Assembly (NCBI GenBank): GCA_963827165.1
Contig: CAWGZR010000004.1
Span: forward strand, 192,001-256,000
Length of the DNA stretch: 64,000 bases
Direction of reading: 5' to 3'
Origin: Candidatus Bathyarchaeota archaeon
Lineage (GTDB): Archaea > Thermoproteota > Bathyarchaeia > Bathyarchaeales > Bathycorpusculaceae
Shown: positions 10,106 through 20,887 of the stretch, piece after piece
How positions within the stretch are numbered: position 1 is the first letter of the stretch
Layout: the number at the start of each line of letters is the position of its first letter
The notes under the pieces: generated by a model
Databases searched by the model: none
Told to the model about the DNA's origin: nothing
Seen by the model: the letters and a program-made list of their open reading frames with translations, nothing else
Made by a program: the position numbers and the translations under genes

Positions 10106-11077
10106 TCAGAGTTCGTTGACAGTGCCCGGGATCCTAGGGAACGGTTGACATTCAGCAACGTGCTTAACGCCTGCAAGCCAGCCGACTAAACGTTCGATGC
10201 CTATGCCGCCGCCAGCAGTGGGTTTAAGCCTTCCTTCTTTAGCCATATTAAGAATCAATGCATAGTTTTCCTTCTTAACTTGGTCACGTTCGATTTTCTT
10301 GGAGATTTTGCTGTATTCCCATTCCCGTTTGGCGCCTGAAAGAACCTCCCCGAACTGCGGTAGGAACAAGTCATAGTTATCCCATTTGCCTGTCTTGAAG
10401 TCTTCGAAATCGTAGAATTCCCTCGGAATGTTCGTCACCCAAACGGGTTCTTTTGTCTCTTCTGTAACGCCTGCTTCCCAACCATCAGCCCCGTACTTTG
10501 CCTCAAGTTCCACGCGGTCGTAAACTTTGAACGGTGCATTCGGAGTCTTAAGCGTGTCGCATCTGCAAAGGGTAGTTAATTCCCCTTTCATATCTTTCTT
10601 TAAGTCTTTGACAACTTTACACAATGCGCTTTCGACAAGTGCCATGATGTCTTTTGATGTTGCGTCGCGGGCTTCGAAATCGAGTTGCGTAAACTCGTAG
10701 ATGTGTTTTCCAGTTTTCGCGCGTTCGGCTTTTTCGATGCGTATGTTAGGTGAAAGTATGAAGAGTTTTGGGTAAGCTGTTGAGGCAGCAACGAGTTTGT
10801 GGATAATCATGCTTGCGGTTGTCCGTACTGGTTTGCCGTAGATGTCTACTTCGATTCTTTTCTCAATAGATGCGCCTGGGTCAGGCCAGAGGGGGTCTGT
10901 GCTTTGGCTAAGAGCCACTGGTAGAAGCCATTGGAAGCCGTCGCCCACAAACGTGGAGGTCAGGCTGTTTAGTGTGTAGGTCATTATTTTGCCTATGCAG
11001 GCTTTTCGCTCCAACTCGGCTGGCGAAAGTTGCTCTAAAGTTTTTGGCATTTGGATTTGTTCTTGTGTACCTTTCAT
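10106..11077 (-). CDS. asnA: archaeal asparagine synthetase A (AsnRS-like, no anticodon domain)
   Basis: TDPLWPDP, SMIIHK, SPNIRIE, EFTQLDFE, GEVLSG, GGGIGIERL. Confidence 0.88.
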   Translation of the reverse strand: MKGTQEQIQMPKTLEQLSPAELERKACIGKIMTYTLNSLTSTFVGDGFQWLLPVALSQSTDPLWPDPGASIEKRIEVDIYGKPVRTTASMIIHKLVAASTAYPKLFILSPNIRIEKAERAKTGKHIYEFTQLDFEARDATSKDIMALVESALCKVVKDLKKDMKGELTTLCRCDTLKTPNAPFKVYDRVELEAKYGADGWEAGVTEETKEPVWVTNIPREFYDFEDFKTGKWDNYDLFLPQFGEVLSGAKREWEYSKISKKIERDQVKKENYALILNMAKEGRLKPTAGGGIGIERLVGWLAGVKHVAECQPFPRIPGTVNEL

Positions 11078-11206
11078 TATTTTTCATCCCTTGTCAGTTG
11101 TTATATGTATCACTGCGCAAACCAGATAATAAGTTTTTTATAATAAAACATGGATAAATTACAATAAAACACAATATTTTATTATAAGTACTTGTAATAT
11201 TTACAT

Positions 11207-11722
11207 ATGAGCACCAAACTCGATGAAAAAGACCAAGCCATACTCCAACTCATACAGGAAAACAGCAAACTAACAGCAAACCAAATCGCCAAAAAAATCA
11301 ACACTCCCATAACCACCGTCTTCGCAAAAACAAAACGCATGGAACAACTAGGCATAATAAAACAATACAGAGCCATCCTTGCCCCTGAAAAGCTCAATCT
11401 AGCCACCTCAGCATTCATTCTGGCATCAGTTTCTTACACAACGAAAACTGACGGCGCCCCAATTTCCCAAAGAGATCTCGCCGAAGAAATTGCGCGATTC
11501 CCCGAAGTCCAGGAAGTCCACATTATCACAGGCGATTGGGATCTACTGGTGAAGCTTCGTGCTGAAAACGTGGAGGCTGTGGGAAGATTCGTGGTTGATA
11601 AGTTGCGGTTGATTAAGGGTTTAGAGAAGACCCTTACGTGCATGGTATTTGAAACTGTGAAGGAAACAACCAGCTTGCCGCCGTATTTGAAGAGGGCGGA
11701 ATCGAAGCCTGTCAGGCCTTGA
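11207..11722 (+). CDS. Lrp/AsnC family transcriptional regulator
   Basis: LDEKD..IL..IQEN HTH and ITGDWDLLVK RAM domain; divergent from asnA. Confidence 0.92.
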   Translation: MSTKLDEKDQAILQLIQENSKLTANQIAKKINTPITTVFAKTKRMEQLGIIKQYRAILAPEKLNLATSAFILASVSYTTKTDGAPISQRDLAEEIARFPEVQEVHIITGDWDLLVKLRAENVEAVGRFVVDKLRLIKGLEKTLTCMVFETVKETTSLPPYLKRAESKPVRP

Positions 11723-12182
11723 GCTCAGAGCTGCTTGAGTAATACAGAAGCGGCAATGCAAGTAGCACGGTGTTTTTTCCCTTAGCCGTCAAAGAATAGT
11801 CTACCCTCAGAGGAGGGCCGGCTGAAACGTTCCTTATGACATAGCCGTGTGCTGAAAGCATCTTGAGCTTATCGGATAGCGTTCGTGAATTAACGGTTAG
11901 GATTCTTTTGATTTCTCCAAATCCGATGATGTCTTTGAGCAGCAGGGTGTAGAGTATTTCAAGGCTCCACTTTTGGAAGAGAAGGTTGAAGGTTTCTTGG
12001 AGACTGTCTATTTCTTCTTTGAGTTCAGCGGGAGTTATCTTTTGGGTTTCAATTATCTGGTTAAAAGTTGCTTCCACGCCTTTTAGGACTTGGTCCATTC
12101 GGGCTTCTACGATTTTTCGGAATTCAGCGCTTAAAGTTAAAGATGAACTCATATGGGTTACACTCGGTGTGGTTTTGCTCAC
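11712..12182 (-). CDS. HxlR-type winged-helix regulator
   Basis: KWSLEIL, SRTLSDKLK, PPLRVDYSLT.KG. Confidence 0.85.
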   Translation of the reverse strand: MSKTTPSVTHMSSSLTLSAEFRKIVEARMDQVLKGVEATFNQIIETQKITPAELKEEIDSLQETFNLLFQKWSLEILYTLLLKDIIGFGEIKRILTVNSRTLSDKLKMLSAHGYVIRNVSAGPPLRVDYSLTAKGKNTVLLALPLLYYSSSSELKA

Positions 12183-12230
12183 TTCACAGTTTATTAAGGT
12201 TTACTTATACAACAAGGTATACAAAATACA

Positions 12231-13613
12231 GTGGAGTCGGAGGAAAAAACTTTGGAAAAATACGACGCCATAGTTGTCGGCGCAGGAACAGCAGGCTGTT
12301 TAGCAGCGAAAACCATCGCGGAATCAGGCTTAAAAGTTTGTATGATCGAAAAGAAACCGCGGGATCAAATAGGCGAAAAAATCTGCGGCGACGCTCTCGG
12401 CGAGCACCACCTCAAGTTTCTTGGACTTGAAAAACCCACAGGTGGCGAATTGGAAGCAAAAATCGATGGAATAAAAATTTATTCTCCCGACGAAAACACG
12501 GTTTTCACAATTGCAGACAAAGACTTCGTCGGTTACCTTTTGAACAGAAGACTTTTCGGGCAATGGCTACTCAAAAAAGCAACAGATAAAGGTGCAGTTC
12601 TTGAAGACAACCTAAACTTCCGCGCGCCCATAATCGAGAAAGGCGCAGTAGTAGGTTTAACTGCTAAAAACATGAAGACAGACAAAACGCTAGAGCTACG
12701 CAGCAAGGTTGTGGTTGACGCAACAGGCTACTTCGGCAGGGTACGAAAACAACTCCCAGCCAACATGGGCATAGATCGCGACATAGCAAACGAAGACGTC
12801 GAAGCTTGCTACCGGGAAATCCGTCAACTAAAACATGAAACAGCCAACACAACATTCTGCGAAATCTACCTCAACCAAAAAGCATCCCCAGGCGGTTACA
12901 TATGGATTTTCCCCAAAGGAGGGGCACGAGTCAACGTCGGCTTAGGCACCTGTATGCGCAAAAACTACCCCAATCCAAAGCAGCAGCTCTATGAAACAGC
13001 CTTCAAAAAGCCGATTTTTGAGGGGTCATCGGTTTTAACTGGTGGCGCATGGTTTGATCCTGTCCGCAGACCTTTAGATAACATGGTTTCTGACGGTGTC
13101 GTATTGGTCGGTGACGCCGCTTCATTGGTTAACCCGATTCACGGCGGCGGGATTGGCCCTTCAATGCTCAGCGGTCACTTAGCTGGAAAACAAATCGTTG
13201 AAGCCCTAAGCAAAGGTGAACCAACAAAAGAGGCGCTTTGGGGTTACAACAAGAAGTACATTGAAACCTACGGCAAAAAACAGGGAACTCTTGACATCTT
13301 CAAAATGTTCCTATTATCATGCAGCGACGAAGACCTCAACTACGGAATGAACGAAAAACTCATGACTGAAGACGACGTCTTGAAAGCAGGCATGGGAGAT
13401 GACTTCCACCTCAACATCACCGAAACTGCCAAACGAGTATTCCGAGGCATAAGACGCGTCGGATTCCTCAAAAAACTCCGCTTAACCGTCACCATGATGC
13501 GGGGACTCAGCGCACACTACAACACTTACCCGACGACACCACAAAACTTTGAGCCATGGCGCTTGCAAACAGTCAAGCTAATCGGCGAAGCGAAACAAAA
13601 ACTCGAAAATTAA
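12231..13613 (+). CDS. geranylgeranyl reductase family (digeranylgeranylglycerophospholipid reductase)
   Basis: VGAGTAG, ICGD, PGGYIWIFPKG, VGDAA..VNPIHGGGI. Confidence 0.9.
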   Translation: MESEEKTLEKYDAIVVGAGTAGCLAAKTIAESGLKVCMIEKKPRDQIGEKICGDALGEHHLKFLGLEKPTGGELEAKIDGIKIYSPDENTVFTIADKDFVGYLLNRRLFGQWLLKKATDKGAVLEDNLNFRAPIIEKGAVVGLTAKNMKTDKTLELRSKVVVDATGYFGRVRKQLPANMGIDRDIANEDVEACYREIRQLKHETANTTFCEIYLNQKASPGGYIWIFPKGGARVNVGLGTCMRKNYPNPKQQLYETAFKKPIFEGSSVLTGGAWFDPVRRPLDNMVSDGVVLVGDAASLVNPIHGGGIGPSMLSGHLAGKQIVEALSKGEPTKEALWGYNKKYIETYGKKQGTLDIFKMFLLSCSDEDLNYGMNEKLMTEDDVLKAGMGDDFHLNITETAKRVFRGIRRVGFLKKLRLTVTMMRGLSAHYNTYPTTPQNFEPWRLQTVKLIGEAKQKLEN

Positions 13614-13790
13614 AAACCTAAAACCTCATCTTTTATTTTTAAAAGATTTCTTTTCAAAAAAAAATAGTTTCCGCTGTCTTAAGAAGTGCCCATCAGGTTT
13701 TGGATTGTAGCTTTGCCAATTGTAGCTCAAGTTTTTGTTTTGATAAAGGCTTAAATTTGCAGTCTAACAAGCTAAGGGCAGTGACAAAGT

Positions 13791-14141
13791 TTGGCTTATT
13801 GTACTAATTGCGGAGAAAAAATCGCTGACGACGCAAATTTCTGCGCGAAATGCGGCACAAAAACCGCCAAAGGCAAAGCTGCCAAAGCGGTTTACCCTAG
13901 CGATCAATTGACAGACGCTTTCTACACCGTCGGGTTAGAACTCGAAAAAGCATTTACTCTTGCCGCTCGGGAAACTCACGCAGCCCTCAAGAGAGTGAGC
14001 GATGATCTTCAGCAGAAGACGCGGCAGACTCAAACGGTTGCTTGCACAAAATGCAATTCGCAGAATGCAGCTGGAGCAGTTTTCTGTGTTAGCTGTGGGG
14101 CCAAGATTGCGCCAACTGAAGAGTCGCACGGCGGTGTTTAG
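13791..14141 (+). CDS. double zinc-ribbon protein
   Basis: CTNCG..FCAKCG and CTKC..FCVSCG. Confidence 0.8.
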   Translation: MAYCTNCGEKIADDANFCAKCGTKTAKGKAAKAVYPSDQLTDAFYTVGLELEKAFTLAARETHAALKRVSDDLQQKTRQTQTVACTKCNSQNAAGAVFCVSCGAKIAPTEESHGGV

Positions 14142-14143
14142 GC

Positions 14144-14617
14144 TTGACAGCGGGCAAAACGCTTATTGCCTATGAAACCAAGGGCGGCGCAACTGAAGAG
14201 TCAGCACGAAAAATCGCGGAAGTATTACGCAGCAAATTTCAGCTAGAAGTTGATTTGGTTGATCTTAAAAAGGAAAAATTGCCCGAATTGGAACAGTACG
14301 AAAACTTCGTTGTGGGTGGCGGCGTCAGAGGCGGAAAAGTTTACGGCAAAGCCCTAAAGTTTCTTGAAAACGATTTAAGCCGCAAACGTGTCGCTTTCTT
14401 TGTTTCTTCCACTTGGGCGGGTACCCCTGGAAGCTATGAAAATGCGAAAGCAAGATTCGTGGAAAAGAACTTGGCTAAGTATCCCAAGATTAGTCCGGTA
14501 AGTTCGGAAGCTTTCGGCGGGCGAATAAGATATTTCAAAAGAACAATGGTTGATAACACTGATTTGACTAAGGTAGAGGCTTGGGCAGAAGAGCTTGGAA
14601 AAAAATTTACCCAATAA
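14144..14617 (+). CDS. flavodoxin-like (HemG-type) protein
   Basis: IAYETKGGATEE FMN loop, AFGGRI. Confidence 0.8.
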   Translation: MTAGKTLIAYETKGGATEESARKIAEVLRSKFQLEVDLVDLKKEKLPELEQYENFVVGGGVRGGKVYGKALKFLENDLSRKRVAFFVSSTWAGTPGSYENAKARFVEKNLAKYPKISPVSSEAFGGRIRYFKRTMVDNTDLTKVEAWAEELGKKFTQ

Positions 14618-14819
14618 AGGCAAGGGCACAAAAGCTGGGGCATTGCTTTGCCCCATATGCTGCGTTGAATGCATTGAAGTAGAGTTCGATTTTGAGGTGG
14701 ACGGCATAGTCCTACATAACGTAAAGGCACTAAAGTGCCCAGCATGCCAAGAAGAGCGGTTCTCGCCCGAACAGGTCGCGGCAATCGCTAAAAGAATTTG
14801 CGATTCAACCCAGCCTTGA
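14595..14819 (+). CDS. YgiT-type zinc finger protein
   Basis: CPIC...NVKALKCPACQEERFS. Confidence 0.65.
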   Translation: MEKNLPNKGKGTKAGALLCPICCVECIEVEFDFEVDGIVLHNVKALKCPACQEERFSPEQVAAIAKRICDSTQP

Positions 14820-15089
14820 GCGGGAAAATAGTTGACGCTGATTTTTGGGTTCATGTCTTGCCTGAAAGTCAAAAGGCATTTTCTATTTTTGAGTGTTTTC
14901 TAAGCAAAAATAATGTACAATTCGGTACAATGAAAGTTGGAAGAGGAGAGGGATATGAATTCAATTAAAAGTTCTCAAGGAACCAGATTTTTCCTTTTCT
15001 TAAGTCGGAAGAGTTTGAGACTACTCGCTGCAATCACAACGCTATATTAAGCACCTTTCGAGAAATGTAAGAAGAGTAATACAAACATT

Positions 15090-16991
15090 TTGATGGTGTT
15101 AGAATTGAAAAAAACAGACTTTTCCTTGTCAAACAAAAAAGCAGTCTCGAAATTGATAGTAACGATAATTCTCCTTGGGTTACTATTAACAGCTTCAGTT
15201 TATGCAATTCAGTCATCTCTAAACAGTGGAAGCCCAAGTGCAGTCTTGGGCCAATCTTACGTTCCAGTTCCAGGTGCCTTAGTCTCTGCTTCCGGAGACA
15301 ATGGATCAGGAGGCACCATAGCTGATGGTTCCGGCAACTATAACATGGCAACTTACTTTGGAACAGGCAACTATTCCGTAACAGCGTCTGCACCAGGTTA
15401 CATTGATCAACAAGTCGACAACGTACCCGTGACGTCAGGAGCCGAAACTACAGGCGTCAACATATACTTGAGCGTTTCAGGAGGCATCTCTGGAAAGATA
15501 ACCGACGCAGTCACAGGTTCACCTGTGGCCGACGCCATAGTAACTGCTTATAATGCAACCGGAACGGACACGAGCGGCCAAACCACATTCACAGACTCAA
15601 ATGGCAACTACCAGATCATTCAAAATCTTGCAAGTGGAACCTACAACGTTGCTGTCGACTACGCAGTAGGGTACTTGAACAACACCCTAAACAATGTGCA
15701 GGTTACTGCAGGAGTAATGACCAGCGGCCAAAATCTTGCTCTCGTCAAATCTGGAGTGATCACTGGCACAATAACAAGTACGAGTACAGGCGCGAAGCTT
15801 CAAGGAATAGATGTTTTCGCTGAAAGCTCCGATGGAGTCTATGCTGGATTTGGTTCAACCAATTCTGCTGGAGTATACACAATAAACACCAACTTAGCAA
15901 CAGGAACATACAACCTCACTGAGTCTTTCCCCACAGGCTATATTACAAATACAGTTTCAGGAGTATCCGTAATAGCTGGCCAAACAACTACTCAAAACAT
16001 TCAGCTTAGCCCCTCAGGAGTCATCTCGGGAACAGTTACAAACGTCGCCAATGGGCAACCCATCTCTGACGTATCCATCTTGGTCACCTCGTCAACCGGT
16101 GGCTTTGGTTTTGCCACAACTGACTCATCCGGAAACTACATGGTAAACACTGACCTTGCAACGGGAAGCTACACGGTGGAAGCCATCTATGATATCCAAT
16201 TTAGTACTTATCCGAGCCCGGTAAACGTGGTCGCAGGCCAAACGACAAGCGGCATAAACTTCCAATTCACCGTTACACTCTCAGGAATCATAAGTGGCCA
16301 AGTTACAGTCTCAACCGGCGGACCACTAGCAGACGCATCCGTATCTGCTGAGGGACCAAACGGTTCTGGATCAGCCACCACAGACGCCAACGGCAACTAT
16401 GTCATTTCAACTGGTTTGGGAACGGGAACTTATACAGTAAGCGTGACAGACACGGGATATACTTCGACGTCGCAAACAGGAGTCCTTGTAACAGCAGGTC
16501 AAACAACGGCAAACATCAATTTCGTTTTGACTGCCGTACCGTCAGGAAGTATCGAAGGGCAAGTTCTGGCGCTTCAAGCCTCGCCTTTCCCAACCCCAAC
16601 CCCAAGTATTTCGCCCACTCCGACACCGACAGCTTCTCCTGCACCAACTCCAACACCAACGGCTACAGCACCAGCAACTACCCCAACACCATCACCTTCA
16701 CCCACTCCAGTCCCAACTGTTGCGCCAACAACTCAACCTACAACCCAACCAACGACTCAACCGACAACACAACCAGTAGTTACACCATCGCCTTTAACAA
16801 CAACTCCAAAACCAACAACCAAAGCAACGCCAACTGCAACACCCAAATCGACAGCTACACCAACTCCTAAACCCACAATCGACGAATTTTCGTCTGTGAT
16901 GACCGTTGTCGTGGCCGCAGCATTAATCGCGATCGCATTTGGAACCGTGGCATACACCAAAAAAAACCGAACGAAAACCTCACAAAAATAG
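15090..16991 (+). CDS. surface protein with about 5 carboxypeptidase-regulatory-like (Cna-B) repeats, Pro/Thr linker and PEF-CTERM-like anchor
   Basis: Signal peptide; repeated ISG.VT...G.P...TDS.GNY....L.TG.Y; PT-rich stalk; IDEFS+TM+basic tail. Confidence 0.85.
   Translation: MMVLELKKTDFSLSNKKAVSKLIVTIILLGLLLTASVYAIQSSLNSGSPSAVLGQSYVPVPGALVSASGDNGSGGTIADGSGNYNMATYFGTGNYSVTASAPGYIDQQVDNVPVTSGAETTGVNIYLSVSGGISGKITDAVTGSPVADAIVTAYNATGTDTSGQTTFTDSNGNYQIIQNLASGTYNVAVDYAVGYLNNTLNNVQVTAGVMTSGQNLALVKSGVITGTITSTSTGAKLQGIDVFAESSDGVYAGFGSTNSAGVYTINTNLATGTYNLTESFPTGYITNTVSGVSVIAGQTTTQNIQLSPSGVISGTVTNVANGQPISDVSILVTSSTGGFGFATTDSSGNYMVNTDLATGSYTVEAIYDIQFSTYPSPVNVVAGQTTSGINFQFTVTLSGIISGQVTVSTGGPLADASVSAEGPNGSGSATTDANGNYVISTGLGTGTYTVSVTDTGYTSTSQTGVLVTAGQTTANINFVLTAVPSGSIEGQVLALQASPFPTPTPSISPTPTPTASPAPTPTPTATAPATTPTPSPSPTPVPTVAPTTQPTTQPTTQPTTQPVVTPSPLTTTPKPTTKATPTATPKSTATPTPKPTIDEFSSVMTVVVAAALIAIAFGTVAYTKKNRTKTSQK
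16590..16880 (+). repeat. Pro/Thr low-complexity linker including PTTQ x4 (approximate bounds)
   Basis: PTPTPS... and [17 protein letters not shown] in the translation. Confidence 0.8.
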
Positions 16992-17121
16992 TGTAATCAA
17001 CACATTTTCTTTTTTTCTTTTTTTAGCGAGAATGTTCTCTTATTTTTGGAGCAAATAGTCCAGCGAATAGTCATAAAGGTCCTTTTAGAAATTATTCAGC
17101 ATAATCTACAAAGTCGAGCTG

Positions 17122-17367
17122 TCATTCGCAACCGTCTTTTTCTAAATTTTCGCGAGTTCGGTTCATTCTTGTAACAAACAGCATTAGACATATGAAAACC
17201 GAAGCCATCAAGAAACCTGCAATGCTCCTTTCTAAGGAACTTTGGGCTTTGAAAAACCAAATCGCAAAAAGAATTTCTGCAACCAAAAGCATCACTGCAA
17301 ATAGTGAATATGGCTCAGATATTTTGGCTGGGTCAATTCCGTTTCTATTGAATACGATTTTTGCCAA
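17122..17367 (-). CDS. small two-TM membrane protein
   Basis: Two hydrophobic stretches, 81 aa. Confidence 0.5.
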   Translation of the reverse strand: MAKIVFNRNGIDPAKISEPYSLFAVMLLVAEILFAIWFFKAQSSLERSIAGFLMASVFICLMLFVTRMNRTRENLEKDGCE

Positions 17368-17676
17368 CTAATTTCGCCTTAAGAGAAAAAGGCTGCAAGA
17401 GTTGCTTATTACGTTAATCAGAGTTGAAAATGCCATTTTGTCTTAGGCAAAATTTTTCGGTATGCAGAAATACCTTAGACAAAATTTTTTTCAGGACCCT
17501 ATTTATACAAAACTTGGGTTTTAATGGATCAGGTGCCGTAGCAGTTTGTTTCTTTTGATGTTTTAGCGGCGTATTTTCGTCATGCCGAAACGTTTTATCG
17601 GCTGCATTTGTCTCGGTTGGCTTTGAAAAAAATAAAGGCTTTGTTATTGCGGCGGGAAGTACGATAGTCATTAAGA

Positions 17677-17871
17677 TTACTGGCGTTCAGATAATGATAT
17701 GTTTAAGCCCCCGTCTTTTTTCACAATATGTATCAAGAGTTGTTTTCCTCGGAAGGTTTTTAGCAGCTCACGATATTCTCTGGGAAAAACAAGCAGAATG
17801 CGATCATACTCATAGACTCTTCTTCCGTTCTTGTACCGCCTTTTTGATTTATCAAACCGAAGCTTCACCAA
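17677..17871 (-). CDS. small basic hypothetical protein
   Basis: 64-aa ORF starting 11 nt after the polB2 stop, same strand. Confidence 0.55.
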   Translation of the reverse strand: MVKLRFDKSKRRYKNGRRVYEYDRILLVFPREYRELLKTFRGKQLLIHIVKKDGGLNISLSERQ

Positions 17872-17881
17872 GCAAATTCCT

Positions 17882-20173
17882 TCAGAAACTCAAAAGGCTC
17901 TTTTGCTTTTGTTCTCTAACTTCTTGGCAGATTGATTCAATGCTGTAGCCCTCGAAGCTTAGCAGGTTTGCCGCTGAGGAGTAAAGCAGCATGAGGTATT
18001 TTTCGGTGTCCGGTTCTGCATCTTTTTCGATCAGCTGAGCCGCTTTGACCCGTCGTTCATGCTTCTTGTGTTTTGAGTGTGTGAACAGGAACTTTACGCT
18101 GTTTCCCGCGTGCACATCTACGCCCGCCTTGATCAGTTGCTCTGCAGCGATGACTTGGCTAACGTGCTGATGATATCGCTCTGGGGCACTTGACATCCGC
18201 TTGGATATTATCAAGTCTCCAATAGGCACTTCTCCATCAAGCAGTTTCTTCCGGTACTTTCGTACAACGTCCAGCGCAGAAGGAATTTTCTGGCGCAGTT
18301 CAGCGGTGTTGTCAGCTGTGGAGAGTGCGTTAATCATTTCCGTTTGGGCGTCAAATACAAATCGAGGTGTATCTCTTCGGCGGATCTCTAATCCACGAAT
18401 TTTGATTTTGCCATCCTCCATAACGCCATAATAGCGGTTCAAAACACCGACACGTGGATGTGTTTTAGAGGGCAAGAAGACGATCCATTTGTAGCGCCCT
18501 TCGAAATTAATCTGTATCCCCGAATGCTCAGTTATTATTTTGCAGAGATTTTCGTAGTCGTCTATTTTTGCGTCTGCCTTTTTGAGCCAGAGTGAATCAA
18601 CAATTCCATGAATAACTTCAAAGCCTGCCTTTTCCGCTGTGCGCGAAGCATTTAGCAGAATTTCTCGGCCAAACGCGCAAACCCCGATGTGCCCATCTAC
18701 GGTCCCGAATTTGGCGTTCTTGTAGCCAAGATATCCAAAACAAGTAACTAAAATCCATTTGAGAGCTATCTGTCGATTATCGTAGACTACGCTGAGATGG
18801 GGATCGGGAGATTCTTTTTTCATTTTTTTGTAGTAGAGACGTTTGTCGACTACGAACTTTAGAGTTTTGGGAACAATTCCAGTGCGTTTTGTGCATATGT
18901 GATAGTTTAGTTCAGGGATAAGTCTTGGCGAGTCTGGACAGCATTTGCAAAGAACTGTTTCGGCGGATATGTTGTTGTTCGCCATTATGCTTGGGTACAT
19001 GCTGCTGAAGTCCACTTCGCCGACAAAGTCATGAGCCCCTACCTTAGGTTCATAAACGAAGCCTCCTCGATCGCCAACTAGGAGATCATATGCCGACTTG
19101 AAAGCTTCAGGTATGCTTTTATTTCTTGGAATAAGCACATCGTCTTTTATGGCTTGGTAGAATTGAAGCGAAGACATGCTTGAGCCTATGGAATTTCGAG
19201 CTGCGGTATGAAGTGGTACTCGACAGGTTCGCGCTATCTCGATTAGGCCGTCGAATCCTGCTTCAGACAAAACGAAAGTATTGCTCTCATCGATATGGAT
19301 TCTTCCGTAAAGTCGGATAGGCCCAGCCCGGTAAAATGTGCGCCCATATGAAAAGAAAGTTTTTCCTGCAGGTGTTTTCGAAGGAAACGGTGTGCCATCT
19401 CTACTCAATGTAAACTTTTCAATGACGTTGTTTATGATTGCTCGCTCTGTCAGGTAAGGGAAAAGGTGCGAGTCCCCTCCAGAAGTTACCACGAAATCTG
19501 GATCAAGTGCCTTGACTATTTCAACTAGTTGCAGCAGCTTTCCAGATTCTTCCCCAGAATCGATTTGTATTTCTTTTTGGTCTTGGCTTACCCGAATTGT
19601 GCCGATGGGGTCATTAAAGTCTGCAATTCTATTTTTCTTAGCAATCTCTACGTCCAATTTTAAAACTCGCAAAGTAGGAACAGTGTAGTCAGTGCTGGAA
19701 ACTGAATCAAGCAGATTGTATTGAAGGCCTGTTTTTTCGACTTTAACTTCCGCGAAGGCAAGGGGAAAGATATCGTGGCTGAAAAAGTAAGCTCGGTCTC
19801 CTTTGAGGTCGCAGTTGGAGACCTGATAGCGCAAGAAATCGCCCTGCCTCAGAATATAGTTTGTTAAACTCTGCGTTCGCCTGCAATCTCTAAGCGAAAG
19901 CTCCAAAACTTTGGATTTCTCTGAATCTGTCGGTTGAGCATACTTGTAAGCAAAACTCCATTTAGCTATGTCCTGGTTGTTATAAAGTCGACCAATCAAG
20001 AGATCAATACACTCTTGCCTTGAAGAAACGTAAATTTTGGGATGGAATATATCGGTGAGTCTGATTCTCTGACCCGATTCACTTATGACCCAAACTGTGA
20101 TTTCGCCTTCATTTGAAGGGTAAGCATCAAGTATCCAACCTTTAATTTTACAAGAACTGCTAATTCTAAGCGT
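17882..20173 (-). CDS. polB2: family B DNA polymerase, PolB2 (Dpo2-like) group
   Basis: Motif A DFSSMYPSIM, altered motif B KWILVTCFGYLG, altered motif C HGIVDS; frame stays open upstream of 19999 to 20173 encoding KIKGWILDAYP...ITVWV. Confidence 0.85.
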   Translation of the reverse strand, partial: TLRISSSCKIKGWILDAYPSNEGEITVWVISESGQRIRLTDIFHPKIYVSSRQECIDLLIGRLYNNQDIAKWSFAYKYAQPTDSEKSKVLELSLRDCRRTQSLTNYILRQGDFLRYQVSNCDLKGDRAYFFSHDIFPLAFAEVKVEKTGLQYNLLDSVSSTDYTVPTLRVLKLDVEIAKKNRIADFNDPIGTIRVSQDQKEIQIDSGEESGKLLQLVEIVKALDPDFVVTSGGDSHLFPYLTERAIINNVIEKFTLSRDGTPFPSKTPAGKTFFSYGRTFYRAGPIRLYGRIHIDESNTFVLSEAGFDGLIEIARTCRVPLHTAARNSIGSSMSSLQFYQAIKDDVLIPRNKSIPEAFKSAYDLLVGDRGGFVYEPKVGAHDFVGEVDFSSMYPSIMANNNISAETVLCKCCPDSPRLIPELNYHICTKRTGIVPKTLKFVVDKRLYYKKMKKESPDPHLSVVYDNRQIALKWILVTCFGYLGYKNAKFGTVDGHIGVCAFGREILLNASRTAEKAGFEVIHGIVDSLWLKKADAKIDDYENLCKIITEHSGIQINFEGRYKWIVFLPSKTHPRVGVLNRYYGVMEDGKIKIRGLEIRRRDTPRFVFDAQTEMINALSTADNTAELRQKIPSALDVVRKYRKKLLDGEVPIGDLIISKRMSSAPERYHQHVSQVIAAEQLIKAGVDVHAGNSVKFLFTHSKHKKHERRVKAAQLIEKDAEPDTEKYLMLLYSSAANLLSFEGYSIESICQEVREQKQKSLLSF

Positions 20174-20319
20174 TCAATTCCCTCCCAGCCTTAGATCATT
20201 TGAAATTCTCTAATTGCGCTAAATCGAAAGACTTGCGCTTATTCGTAAAATTACTTAAAAGTGATTTGCCAAAACGACCGAACCACACAGTGGAGGGGTG
20301 AATGAAAATGAATCTTTTG

Positions 20320-20487
20320 GCAACAACGCCTGAAGAGACCTTGGCAATAGAAAGCGCGAGACAAAAACACGTTGAAGCCGATTTCGCAGTTGCACAGATC
20401 ATTTATGCAGGAACCCTAAGCCGTTCGGCGGATTGCAAATACAGGAAGATAAGCCCGAAAAACCCGTCGATAGGTTTTTATCTTCTC
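20320..20487 (+). pseudogene. degenerate integrase-like C-terminal remnant, copy A
   Basis: ATTPEETLAI... then frameshifted HLCRNPKPFGGL; nucleotide and peptide similarity to 28414-28589. Confidence 0.45.
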
Positions 20488-20612
20488 AGAGTGGCGAAAT
20501 CTCCCGCACAACAATCTCTTTTTCTTTTTATACGTTAGTTTTCTAAAGTTTTGATGGAGACAGGACCTTAGTCGAAACCCTTAAGATAGCAGGAAATCCT
20601 CCACAACTATTT

Positions 20613-20804
20613 TTATGTTTTTCGTCCAACAAAAACTCCGGCAACTATTCCAGTTAAGCCCGTAATGGCACTGAAAACTTCGCTATTCCAGCTATGCAAG
20701 AAAGCCATGCTACCAATCTCTAACGCTGAAAGACACACAGTTACGCCTATCCCAAACTTTACAACGTACACAAGCGTCTCATCTGGCTCCTCTTCAATCA
20801 CCAC
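20613..20804 (-). CDS. small two-TM membrane protein
   Basis: 63-aa hydrophobic ORF downstream of the large surface gene. Confidence 0.5.
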   Translation of the reverse strand: MVIEEEPDETLVYVVKFGIGVTVCLSALEIGSMAFLHSWNSEVFSAITGLTGIVAGVFVGRKT

Positions 20805-20887
20805 CTATTAAGTTGATTTGAAAAAATAAAGATGAGTTTGCTTTGTGTTTTGCCGCTTGTTGGACTACACTGTGTGGGATGTCGCTT

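Noticed and set aside
17414-17671. 85-aa minus-strand ORF after the polB2 partner gene
   Set aside because: Position is plausible but no recognisable features; not enough support to call
20302-20538. 78-aa plus-strand ORF as an intact gene
   Set aside because: Better explained as a frameshifted remnant homologous to 28402-28545
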